Shown here: one piece after another, positions 18,591-26,132 of the stretch
Numbering within the stretch: the stretch's first letter is position 1
Layout: the number at the start of each line of letters is the position of its first letter
Notes under the pieces: generated by a model
Database searches by the model: none
What the model was told of the DNA's origin: nothing
The model's input: the letters and a program-made list of their open reading frames with translations, nothing else
NCBI GenBank assembly: GCA_964404025.1
Contig: CAYOIJ010000001.1
Location: forward strand, 22,685 to 86,684
From: an uncultured Pseudomonadales bacterium
GTDB lineage: Bacteria > Patescibacteriota > Microgenomatia > UBA1400 > PJMF01
Length of the DNA: 64,000 nt
Reading direction: 5' to 3'
Position numbers and translations under genes: made by a program

Positions 18591-18992
18591 TTAGGGTTTA
18601 TTAATAGTGCCTACGTTTTGAAAAACTTCATTAAAGCTACCAAAGCCTAAGAAGTTTACAATTAAGTTAATTATGGCGTAGGAAGCTGCTACGACAATTA
18701 AACCAATGATGGCGGCCGTAATCTTGTTGCGAGCTTCTTCAGCTTTTCCCTTATCTCCTCCTGAAGTAATCCATTGAATACCTCCAAAAATTAGATAGGC
18801 AAAAACCAAGATAGCTGCAAGCAACATCACCACATTCAAAATAGAACTAAACATTTTGCCAAAATCAGTGGCGTAACCAGTACCTGGAGTGACTTCAATG
18901 TCATCAAAAGCTGCCATTACCAGCTTGGCTTGAAGAAGAATTCCACTTAAAGCACTGCCACTAGCCAGAGCAATTTTTTTAGTTAATTTCAT
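18591..18992 (-). CDS. VirB2/TrbC-like pilin paralog 2 of 7
   Basis: Signal peptide. TM hairpin with loop WITSGGDKGKAEEARNKITAAIIGLIVVAASYAI. RBS AAAAGGAGAC. An extended -10 lies upstream. Confidence 0.65.
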   Translation of the reverse strand: MKLTKKIALASGSALSGILLQAKLVMAAFDDIEVTPGTGYATDFGKMFSSILNVVMLLAAILVFAYLIFGGIQWITSGGDKGKAEEARNKITAAIIGLIVVAASYAIINLIVNFLGFGSFNEVFQNVGTINKP

Positions 18993-19028
18993 AAAAGTCT
19001 CCTTTTAAATTTTTTTATCTAACTTTTT

Positions 19029-19037
19029 ATTATATCA
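19029..19037 (-). promoter_or_regulatory. Extended -10 promoter (TGATATAAT on the minus strand) upstream of pilin paralog 2
   Basis: Read on the reverse complement of 18993-19063. About 37 nt from the start codon, with a strong RBS between. Confidence 0.4.
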
Positions 19038-19063
19038 AGTTTATTAGTCTTTAGCAAAAAAAT

Positions 19064-19405
19064 CTAGACGAATTTTATTACAGTGATACCAAGGAAACTG
19101 GCTACCAGACTAAAAATAGCCATAGTGGCTGCTAGAACTATTAAGCCAATAATAGCCGTAGTGATTTTGTTGCGGGCAAATTCTATTTTACTTTTATCTC
19201 CGGAAGAAGTTATCCATTCAATCGCTCCCCAAATAATTAAGCCTAAACAAGCAACAACCCCCAGAACCATAGCTACTCTTAAAATGTTGCTGAGCCAATT
19301 GCCGAATCCACCATCAGCTGTTTGAGACTCCTCAGCTCCATATAGACCCTGCTTAACAGCTTCCTCAGCTATGTCTAAAGTAACTTGTGCGATTTGTTTA
19401 CTCAT
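19064..19405 (-). CDS. VirB2/TrbC-like pilin paralog 3 of 7
   Basis: TM hairpin with loop WITSSGDKSKIEFARNKITTAIIGLIVLAATMAI. 113 aa. Confidence 0.65.
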   Translation of the reverse strand: MSKQIAQVTLDIAEEAVKQGLYGAEESQTADGGFGNWLSNILRVAMVLGVVACLGLIIWGAIEWITSSGDKSKIEFARNKITTAIIGLIVLAATMAIFSLVASFLGITVIKFV

Positions 19406-19430
19406 ATTTGATTTTTCAAAATTATTAATG

Positions 19431-19859
19431 TTAATTTACACCTGGAATAGTGAGTCTTAATAGGTCAAATTCACCACCAAACAGTAATTTACTCATAAAG
19501 CCTAGTAAAACAAAGGAGCTAACCAATAAAACCAAGCCAATAATGGCGTGAGTCATTTGATTGCGTGCTTTTTCAAGTTTGCTTGTATCTCCTCCTGAAG
19601 TAATCCAAGTGAAGGCTCCCATGAGAAAATAGGCGATAACAGCTAGTGAGCCAATAGTTATAGAAGCCCTCCACAGATAAACTGTATATTCAATAAATTT
19701 GCCACCACTGGTTACAGTGGCATCGTGTTGTCCAAGGTCACCAGTCACTGGGTTGTTAATTTGCGCCTGAACTATTTGTGGCTGAACGATGAAGCTTAAT
19801 AAAAGCAAATAAAAAAAACTTAGTTTTTGATACAGGTTTGAATATAAGATTTTTTTCAT
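19431..19859 (-). CDS. VirB2/TrbC-like pilin paralog 4 of 7
   Basis: Signal peptide ending VQAQI. Loop WITSGGDTSKLEKARNQMTHAIIGLVLL. C-terminal ...LTIPGVN. Confidence 0.65.
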   Translation of the reverse strand: MKKILYSNLYQKLSFFYLLLLSFIVQPQIVQAQINNPVTGDLGQHDATVTSGGKFIEYTVYLWRASITIGSLAVIAYFLMGAFTWITSGGDTSKLEKARNQMTHAIIGLVLLVSSFVLLGFMSKLLFGGEFDLLRLTIPGVN

Positions 19860-19865
19860 ATAAAT

Positions 19866-20255
19866 TTAACTGTTTCCAGGAATAATTTCTTGTATCATCT
19901 TGGCTGGCTCTAGTAAGTCTAAGCCTATAATGCCGCCAATAAGACCGATAATTGCATAAGTGGCAACAATTAAAATCAGGCCTAAAGTGCTCCAAACCAG
20001 ACGATCTTTGGCCTTTTCAACTTTGCCTGTGTCGCCGGCAGCGGTAATCCAGCTAAATGCAGCAATAAAAGCATAGACAATAAAAAATAAGGTACCCAAA
20101 ACAGTAATTACCCCGATAATGTCACTGATCCATAACTCTAGGGTTGACAATACAACAGTAGCGTCTTCTAAATTGGCTGGTTGACGAGCTTCACTAACTG
20201 GTTTTATTGAGCCAATATTGACATCTTTAGCAAGAAGAGTATTAATTTTTGACAT
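19866..20255 (-). CDS. VirB2/TrbC-like pilin paralog 5 of 7
   Basis: Loop WITAAGDTGKVEKAKDRLVWSTLGLILIVATYAI. C-terminal ...IIPGNS. Confidence 0.65.
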   Translation of the reverse strand: MSKINTLLAKDVNIGSIKPVSEARQPANLEDATVVLSTLELWISDIIGVITVLGTLFFIVYAFIAAFSWITAAGDTGKVEKAKDRLVWSTLGLILIVATYAIIGLIGGIIGLDLLEPAKMIQEIIPGNS

Positions 20256-20263
20256 AATTTTAT

Positions 20264-20704
20264 TTATATTATTGGACTTGGTATTTTGGGGTTAATTATA
20301 AAGCTAGCATCACCAAATAGAATTAAACCGATAACAGCGGCGATGGTGTAAGAGGCAACAATGATAGCGAGCCCAACAACGCTTAGAGTAAGTTTGGAGC
20401 CAATTTTTTCTATAGCTCCTGAGTTGTCGGCACTAGTGATATAGGTAAAACCAGCTAAGATAAAATTAAGCATGGTCCACAATCCAGCCACAATTGAGAT
20501 CAGTTTAATCAAGTTAGAAAAGAAAAGAATAAGGCCAATACCACTATCTGATTGTTGATTTAACTCAGCCACGCCAGGAGGAGCATCAATATTACCAAAA
20601 ACAGAAGCGGGTTTAGCGCTTGGGGTTTGGGCAAAGGTTTGATTATTTAAAAAGATGCTTGATGCAATAAGTAGAAAAAGTAGTCCTAAAATTATTTTTT
20701 TCAT
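20264..20704 (-). CDS. VirB2/TrbC-like pilin paralog 6 of 7
   Basis: Signal peptide ending FAQT. Loop YITSADNSGAIEKIGSKLTLSVVGLAIIVASYTI. Confidence 0.6.
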   Translation of the reverse strand: MKKIILGLLFLLIASSIFLNNQTFAQTPSAKPASVFGNIDAPPGVAELNQQSDSGIGLILFFSNLIKLISIVAGLWTMLNFILAGFTYITSADNSGAIEKIGSKLTLSVVGLAIIVASYTIAAVIGLILFGDASFIINPKIPSPII

Positions 20705-20733
20705 TTCAAATTTCCATTATACCTGGCTCTTTT

Positions 20734-21150
20734 TCAAAAGCCAATATCTGCTCCAGTAAATGTTTTGATTATTTGCATAATCCAATAAGCAGCGAAAATA
20801 ACTAAGAATCCGATGAGAGCCGAAGTCATGGTAGTTTTAGCTTTTTCTTTACTTTCTGACTCACTTCCGGCAATCATAGCTAAACCTGAAATAACGATCA
20901 TGGCAAAAAGAATTAAGCCAACTAAGACAAAGACAACTCTTACCAAAAGATTAACCATGTCTGCTGGCGTGCTAAAAACATCACTAACTTTTTGGCCGTC
21001 ACTAAGAACCAAGTATTCTGCAAGATCTATCTCAACAGCGTTAGTATCAGCTTGAGCTGTAAATTGAATGGATGAAAAATTAAAAATTAAAAAATTTGAA
21101 GCTAGAACTGACATTATTAATATAATTGTCATCAAGATTTTTTTCATCAA
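20734..21150 (-). CDS. VirB2/TrbC-like pilin paralog 7 of 7
   Basis: Signal peptide ending TAQA. Loop MIAGSESESKEKAKTTMTSALIGFLVIFAAYWI. Confidence 0.6.
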   Translation of the reverse strand: MMKKILMTIILIMSVLASNFLIFNFSSIQFTAQADTNAVEIDLAEYLVLSDGQKVSDVFSTPADMVNLLVRVVFVLVGLILFAMIVISGLAMIAGSESESKEKAKTTMTSALIGFLVIFAAYWIMQIIKTFTGADIGF

Positions 21151-21197
21151 AGCTAATTATAAAATAAAATTTTCTGATATGATAGGGTAGTTTGATC

Positions 21198-21755
21198 ATG
21201 AAGCGTTTTATCGGATTTACAGACGAGCGAGTTTTAGTTGAAGCCATCAAAAATGGTCATGAATTGGCCATCGAATATTGGTTTAAGCATTACTATAAAA
21301 AATTATTAACTCTAGCTTTACAAAAATTACCCAATTCAGCTGTAGCTGAAGAAATTGTGCAAGAAACCTTTGTTAATTGTTTGCGGGCAATCAACTTATT
21401 TAAGGGAAATAGTTCGTTGTTAACATACATGCAGAGTATTTTACGTCATGAAATTAATGATTTTTATCGTAAACGGTATGCAAAAAAATTTATCAAAACG
21501 ATTCCTCTCTCTGAGGTTTTTTTAGAGCATGAGTTTAAAGATGCTCATGAAACTGCTGTCATGGTTAAATTAGTTTTAAAAAAAATGGCTAGAAGATCTA
21601 GAGAGTTGCTAATGCAAAAATATGTAGATAAAAAAAGAGTAAAAGATTTGGCTCGAGAACTAGGTAGAACCGAAAAGGCTATCGAATCTGAATTGTTTAG
21701 GGCCAGAAAAGAATTTCGTTTGCTGTGGGCAAATATTAGTCAAACAATTGATTGA
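21198..21755 (+). CDS. ECF-type sigma-70 family sigma factor
   Basis: Region-2-like AVAEEIVQETFVNCLRAINLFKGNSSLLTYMQSILRHEINDFYRKR. Region-4 HTH RELLMQKYVDKKRVKDLARELGRTEKAIESELFRARKEFR. Divergent from the pilin array with only a roughly 45-bp spacer. The track start at 21192 is a TTG; the first ATG is at 21198. Confidence 0.75.
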   Translation: MKRFIGFTDERVLVEAIKNGHELAIEYWFKHYYKKLLTLALQKLPNSAVAEEIVQETFVNCLRAINLFKGNSSLLTYMQSILRHEINDFYRKRYAKKFIKTIPLSEVFLEHEFKDAHETAVMVKLVLKKMARRSRELLMQKYVDKKRVKDLARELGRTEKAIESELFRARKEFRLLWANISQTID

Positions 21756-21767
21756 TTAAAATATTGA

Positions 21768-21995
21768 TTGAATTCAAAAAAACACATGCAGAAAAATAAC
21801 AATCAAGAATTTTTAAGAAAACTAAAGACAGAAGCTAAATTAATCAGTTCACTCGAAAAAGAAAAATTTATTCCTGACCAATTGAGTGTTTTAGCTAATT
21901 TTGTTGCCACCCACGCTTGGCAAATATTATTAATTTTAGCTTTTATTACATCTTTACTCTGGGAATTATTACTTTATCAGGGAAATAATGGATAA
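21768..21995 (+). CDS. Small single-TM protein, candidate anti-sigma factor
   Basis: 75 aa. Charged N-terminus then one TM (WQILLILAFITSLLWELLLY). Immediately downstream of the ECF sigma. Assignment is by position only. Confidence 0.3.
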   Translation: MNSKKHMQKNNNQEFLRKLKTEAKLISSLEKEKFIPDQLSVLANFVATHAWQILLILAFITSLLWELLLYQGNNG

Positions 21996-22296
21996 GACGG
22001 GGATTGTTACATCAATGATTTATTCGCTGGGTCAAATTACTTTAGGTTTGTTTTTACACCCTTATCAGAGTATGCAAAACCTAGTCCGTGATCAGGTTTT
22101 TATACCACTAATGCTGTTGCCTACGCTTTTGGCAGGTCTGTTTTATGTTCTGTTTGCTTGGTGGTTGTTAGCCCTGTTTTATGATGGGTCAATAGTATTT
22201 AGATTGGTTTATCGTTCTTTTTTCTTTTTCTTTTTGTTTTGGCAAATTTTATTAGTTTATTTATTTTGGCGTTTTAAACGTGCTTTTAGTAATTAA
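21988..22296 (+). CDS. Hypothetical small polytopic membrane protein
   Basis: 102 aa, 3 hydrophobic segments. Overlaps the previous ORF by 8 nt. Confidence 0.3.
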   Translation: MDKTGIVTSMIYSLGQITLGLFLHPYQSMQNLVRDQVFIPLMLLPTLLAGLFYVLFAWWLLALFYDGSIVFRLVYRSFFFFFLFWQILLVYLFWRFKRAFSN

Positions 22297-22316
22297 TTAT
22301 AAAATGATTTTAATTT

Positions 22317-23438
22317 ATGTTATTGCGTAAGTTAGCTCTGCAAAATTTTCGAAATTTTGCTAATCAAAGTTGGAGTTTTGATAAAACCACAATTATTGTT
22401 GGTGATAATGGTAGTGGTAAAACCTCTCTTATAGAAGCAATTAATCTTTTAGCTAGTGGTGATAGTTTTCGAGCTAGTCGCATTGAAGAAATGATTCGTT
22501 TGGGAGCTGAACTGGGTCGAGCACAGGCCCTTTTTGATTTAGAGGATTTTACTTTTGCAAATGAAGAGGCCAAACAAGCCAATAAAGAAATTCAAGATTT
22601 AGAGCAATTAAAATTAGAAATAATGCTTACCAGAGGCATGGTTGCTGGTAAAAAAAGCCAGTATCGTCTGTTTACTGTTAATGATATTAGGCGGCGGCGT
22701 GCTGATTTTGTTAAAAACTTATCGGTAGTGGTTTTTCGTCCTGAGGATTTACGTTTGGTGGAAGGTAGCCCCCGCCGCCGCCGCTTATTTCTTGATCAAA
22801 CTTTATCGATGTTAGATTGGGAATATCAACGATCTCTTCAGCAATACGAAAAAACCCTAAAACGTCGTAATTTATTGTTGCAAAAAGTTCGCGAAGGGGA
22901 AGAAGACAGGAGTATTTTGTCTTTTTGGAATTTGAATTTAGCCAAACAAGGTCAGTTTTTGCAGGGAGAGAGAAGTAAATTTATTGATTTTATTAGAGAA
23001 GTAATTTTTCCCTTTGAACTAAATATTGAATATTTACCCTCTTTAATTAGTGATGATCGTTTAACAAAGTATTTAAATAGAGAAATTGCTGCTGGGCACA
23101 GCTTGCTTGGACCTCACAAAGATGATTTTTTAGTTAAATTTTCTCTACCTGAAAAAGGAATTGAAGATTTGAGTCTACTAGCTTACGGTTCTCGGGGCCA
23201 GCAGCGCTTGGGAGTTTTATGGCTAAAAGTTGCAGAACTGCAATTTTTGCACAGTCAGATTGATTATCAACCGCTTTTACTTTTGGACGATATTATGTCT
23301 GAACTAGATGAAGATAGTAAGAAAATGGTTTTAGGCCTACTAAATAATTATCAAACTGTGGTGACTACAGCTGATGAGGATTTAGCGAACGAACTAGAAA
23401 AAAGCATTCAACTTAGTAAACTAATTAAATTATCTTAA
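22317..23438 (+). CDS. recF: DNA replication and repair protein RecF
   Basis: LALQNFRNFANQSWSFDKTTIIVGDNGSGKTSLIEAINLLASGDSFRA (Walker A). C-terminal LLLLDDIMSELDEDS (Walker B / D-loop). 373 aa. Confidence 0.85.
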   Translation: MLLRKLALQNFRNFANQSWSFDKTTIIVGDNGSGKTSLIEAINLLASGDSFRASRIEEMIRLGAELGRAQALFDLEDFTFANEEAKQANKEIQDLEQLKLEIMLTRGMVAGKKSQYRLFTVNDIRRRRADFVKNLSVVVFRPEDLRLVEGSPRRRRLFLDQTLSMLDWEYQRSLQQYEKTLKRRNLLLQKVREGEEDRSILSFWNLNLAKQGQFLQGERSKFIDFIREVIFPFELNIEYLPSLISDDRLTKYLNREIAAGHSLLGPHKDDFLVKFSLPEKGIEDLSLLAYGSRGQQRLGVLWLKVAELQFLHSQIDYQPLLLLDDIMSELDEDSKKMVLGLLNNYQTVVTTADEDLANELEKSIQLSKLIKLS

Positions 23439-23468
23439 AATAATGATTTTTGAATTTTTAATTATTCT

Positions 23469-23861
23469 TTAAGACGTCAGGGTATTGCCTTGTTCTTTTA
23501 ATTCATTAAACCAAGTAAATTGTTCTAAAACCCCCACCATGTATTCAGCTCTTGAATGATGAAATTGATGCAGTGAACTATTAAAACCCGATTGTAATTG
23601 TTTACAAATGGTCCTTGATTCTCTCAGAGCGATAACCAAGTCTAATATGAAGTCCAGATCTTTATCATACAGGTTTGTATCAATTTCATCTAATATTTTT
23701 TTAAAATCTAATAACGATACATTTTTATATCTATTAATAATAACTTGTGACGCACCCATGTTTATTTCTAAATTGGTTTTGGGATTTGTGTTTAAACTGG
23801 CGTTCTCCCGCTCGGTTTTATCAATATTAATAGATGAAGTTTTTATTTCTTTTTGACTCAT
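23469..23861 (-). CDS. Hypothetical protein
   Basis: 130-aa ORF with no recognisable motif. Confidence 0.3.
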   Translation of the reverse strand: MSQKEIKTSSINIDKTERENASLNTNPKTNLEINMGASQVIINRYKNVSLLDFKKILDEIDTNLYDKDLDFILDLVIALRESRTICKQLQSGFNSSLHQFHHSRAEYMVGVLEQFTWFNELKEQGNTLTS

Positions 23862-23965
23862 AATTTTCTAACTGTGCTGTGTTTGTATTTAAATTGCTGT
23901 TTATTAAAAATAATTTAAAATTATTTGCAGCAAACCTGCTCATTTTACTTTTTTTCTCTAATTTT

Positions 23966-24844
23966 TCAAGTTTTGTCTTGAATTGCTTGCCATAATACTT
24001 GGGGGATTTTTCCTACTAAATCACTAGTATTAAAATAAGGACCAACATTTTTATAGAGGGAATCTCCAGTTTTTTTATTAATATAGCTAGCAATAATAGC
24101 ACTCACTAAAGCCTCATTTTTGCAATAGAGAGCGGCTAATAATCCAGCTAAAACATCTCCTGTACCGCCTTTGGTCATGCCAGCATTACCTCCACTGATT
24201 GTAATTACCTTTACTTGCGGATAATTTTTTCCAGGAAAAATTTGATCAGTTTGGCCCTTCAACAAGCAAGTGGGCAGTGCCTGATATTTTTCAGGATTAA
24301 AGTCGTTGTTTTTCTTAATCAGGACCTCCATTTCTTGATGATGTGGTGTAATAATACAGTTGCTATTAAAAAGGTCAGGGTTAATCATTTGTAAGGCACC
24401 CGCATCAATCACCCATTTTTTCTCTGGATATTTACTCAGTAAATGATCGCTTAGTTGAGCAGTATAGGAACTTCTTTCCATCCCTGGTCCTAATAAAACG
24501 CAGTCAGCCTCTTTCAAATAAGTCTCAATTTCTTTACGACTAACAACAATTCCTTGCCAAAAATTAGCTTTTGCTTCTTGATTAAGTTTTTTATCTGATT
24601 CTCTTTTTTGCCATCGTTTAATTAATGTGTTGTTGCTAGGCACCGAGCTGTAGAAAACCATATCAACAATTTTGCTAGCAACATCAAGACTCCATTTGCT
24701 AGCAGCATGAAATAACTCTGAACCACCAATAATTAGTAGTTTGCCGTTTTGACCTTTATGAGAATTTTCTTTAGCAATTTCCAGCTTTTGAAAAGCTTCT
24801 TTAATTGCTTTTTGAGATTCTAGTGTCTGTTCCTGATTGTACAT
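23966..24844 (-). CDS. nnrD: ADP-dependent (S)-NAD(P)H-hydrate dehydratase (YjeF C-terminal / carbohydrate-kinase-like)
   Basis: GKLLIIGGSELFHAASKWSLDVA...GPGM...GGNAGMTKGGTGDVLAGLLAALY motifs. Confidence 0.8.
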   Translation of the reverse strand: MYNQEQTLESQKAIKEAFQKLEIAKENSHKGQNGKLLIIGGSELFHAASKWSLDVASKIVDMVFYSSVPSNNTLIKRWQKRESDKKLNQEAKANFWQGIVVSRKEIETYLKEADCVLLGPGMERSSYTAQLSDHLLSKYPEKKWVIDAGALQMINPDLFNSNCIITPHHQEMEVLIKKNNDFNPEKYQALPTCLLKGQTDQIFPGKNYPQVKVITISGGNAGMTKGGTGDVLAGLLAALYCKNEALVSAIIASYINKKTGDSLYKNVGPYFNTSDLVGKIPQVLWQAIQDKT

Positions 24845-24955
24845 GATGTTCTTATTCTACTATGTTTTGAAACTCTGTGTTTTACTTTTCCTTAAAATAA
24901 ATTTGCATAATTTGCAAAAATAACTCTTGTTTTAGCAATCAAACTATGCCAAAAT

Positions 24956-26068
24956 ATGACTTTAATGTACGAGCCCCAATTTCAAATCAGCAACAACTTA
25001 TTGAGCTATATTTCTGCGATCGAATCAGCTAAAGCAGTAATTGATAATTCACCACTTGTGCCTGCTTGGGAAGCTAAATTTCGTGATGAAGCATTAGCTC
25101 GCAGTGTTCATTATGGCACCAGAATTGAGGGTAATGATTTAAGTGCTGCTCAAGCTGGGCAGGTTTTATCTTTAGAAAAAATTGATACTGTGCAATCAGT
25201 GCTTGATCAGACTGGCATAATTGCTCGTGAAAGAGATATTCAAGAAGTAATTAATTATCGCAATGTCTTGGCTTGGATAGACCAGCAGCCATTGTTAAAA
25301 AAAAGCCAAGATCAAGAAGATTCTTTACTCAATCTTGCAACCCTAAACCTATTGCACCGCTTAACAATGAACAATTTACTAGAAGAAGGTAGAATTGCTG
25401 TTTTGCGTGATAAGCAAGTTATTGTCAGAGGTGCAAGAGATGGACAGGTAGTTTTTCGTCCCCCAGTAGCTGCTGAAGTTCCATTTTTATTAGACGATCT
25501 TTTCACTTGGTTAAAGGGGGAAGAGAGTCAAAACTTACACCCAATTTTGCGAGCAGCAATTGTTCACTATCAACTAGTCTATATCCATCCCTATGTAGAG
25601 GGGAATGGTCGCACTGCTCGAGCTTTTGCTACTCTTGCTCTTTATGAGTCTGGCTATGATTTCAAGCGTTTTTTTTCAATTGAAGAGTATTTTGACAGCA
25701 ATGTTGACGCCTACTATCAAGCACTTTTATCTGTTCAGCAAAATGCTAAACACGATTTAACTTATTGGTTGGAGTATTTTGCCTATGGTTTGGCGCTGGA
25801 AATTGATAAGGTTAAACTAAAAGTAGCCAAGCTTTCACAAGATTTGAAGCTCAAGCGCGAGCTTGGACAGCAAGTAGCCCTATCTGAGCGACAAATTGTT
25901 TTATTAGAACTGCTACAAAATCAAGGGACTATGACCTCTGACGATGCCCAAAAAGTCTTACCCAATGTTTCGGTTGATACTATTCTGCGAGATCTTAAGG
26001 ACTTGATTGCCAAGGGTGTGGTTAAGAAACATGGGGTAACCAAGGGGGTTAGCTATAGTCTTAATTAA
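24956..26068 (+). CDS. Fic/DOC family protein with a C-terminal winged-helix domain
   Basis: Canonical Fic motif HPYVEGNGRTARAFATLALY (HPFx[DE]GNGR). C-terminal wHTH-like DLKDLIAKGVVKKHGVTKGVSYSL. Confidence 0.85.
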   Translation: MTLMYEPQFQISNNLLSYISAIESAKAVIDNSPLVPAWEAKFRDEALARSVHYGTRIEGNDLSAAQAGQVLSLEKIDTVQSVLDQTGIIARERDIQEVINYRNVLAWIDQQPLLKKSQDQEDSLLNLATLNLLHRLTMNNLLEEGRIAVLRDKQVIVRGARDGQVVFRPPVAAEVPFLLDDLFTWLKGEESQNLHPILRAAIVHYQLVYIHPYVEGNGRTARAFATLALYESGYDFKRFFSIEEYFDSNVDAYYQALLSVQQNAKHDLTYWLEYFAYGLALEIDKVKLKVAKLSQDLKLKRELGQQVALSERQIVLLELLQNQGTMTSDDAQKVLPNVSVDTILRDLKDLIAKGVVKKHGVTKGVSYSLN

Positions 26069-26132
26069 TTTTTTTGGTGAATGTGACTTGGTTTTTCTCA
26101 CTGATTTGACATAATATGTTCGAAGGAATTTT

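Noticed and set aside
19083-21055. ORFs 19083..19325 (+) and 20813..21055 (+), antisense to the pilin genes
   Set aside because: They mirror the hydrophobic pilin genes on the opposite strand, an amino-acid composition artefact. The pilin frames have signal peptides and a conserved motif.
26104-26132. TTGACA hexamer upstream of the DNA ligase gene as a -35 element
   Set aside because: No acceptable -10 at the proper spacing before the RBS (GAAGG) and ATG. Likely chance occurrence.
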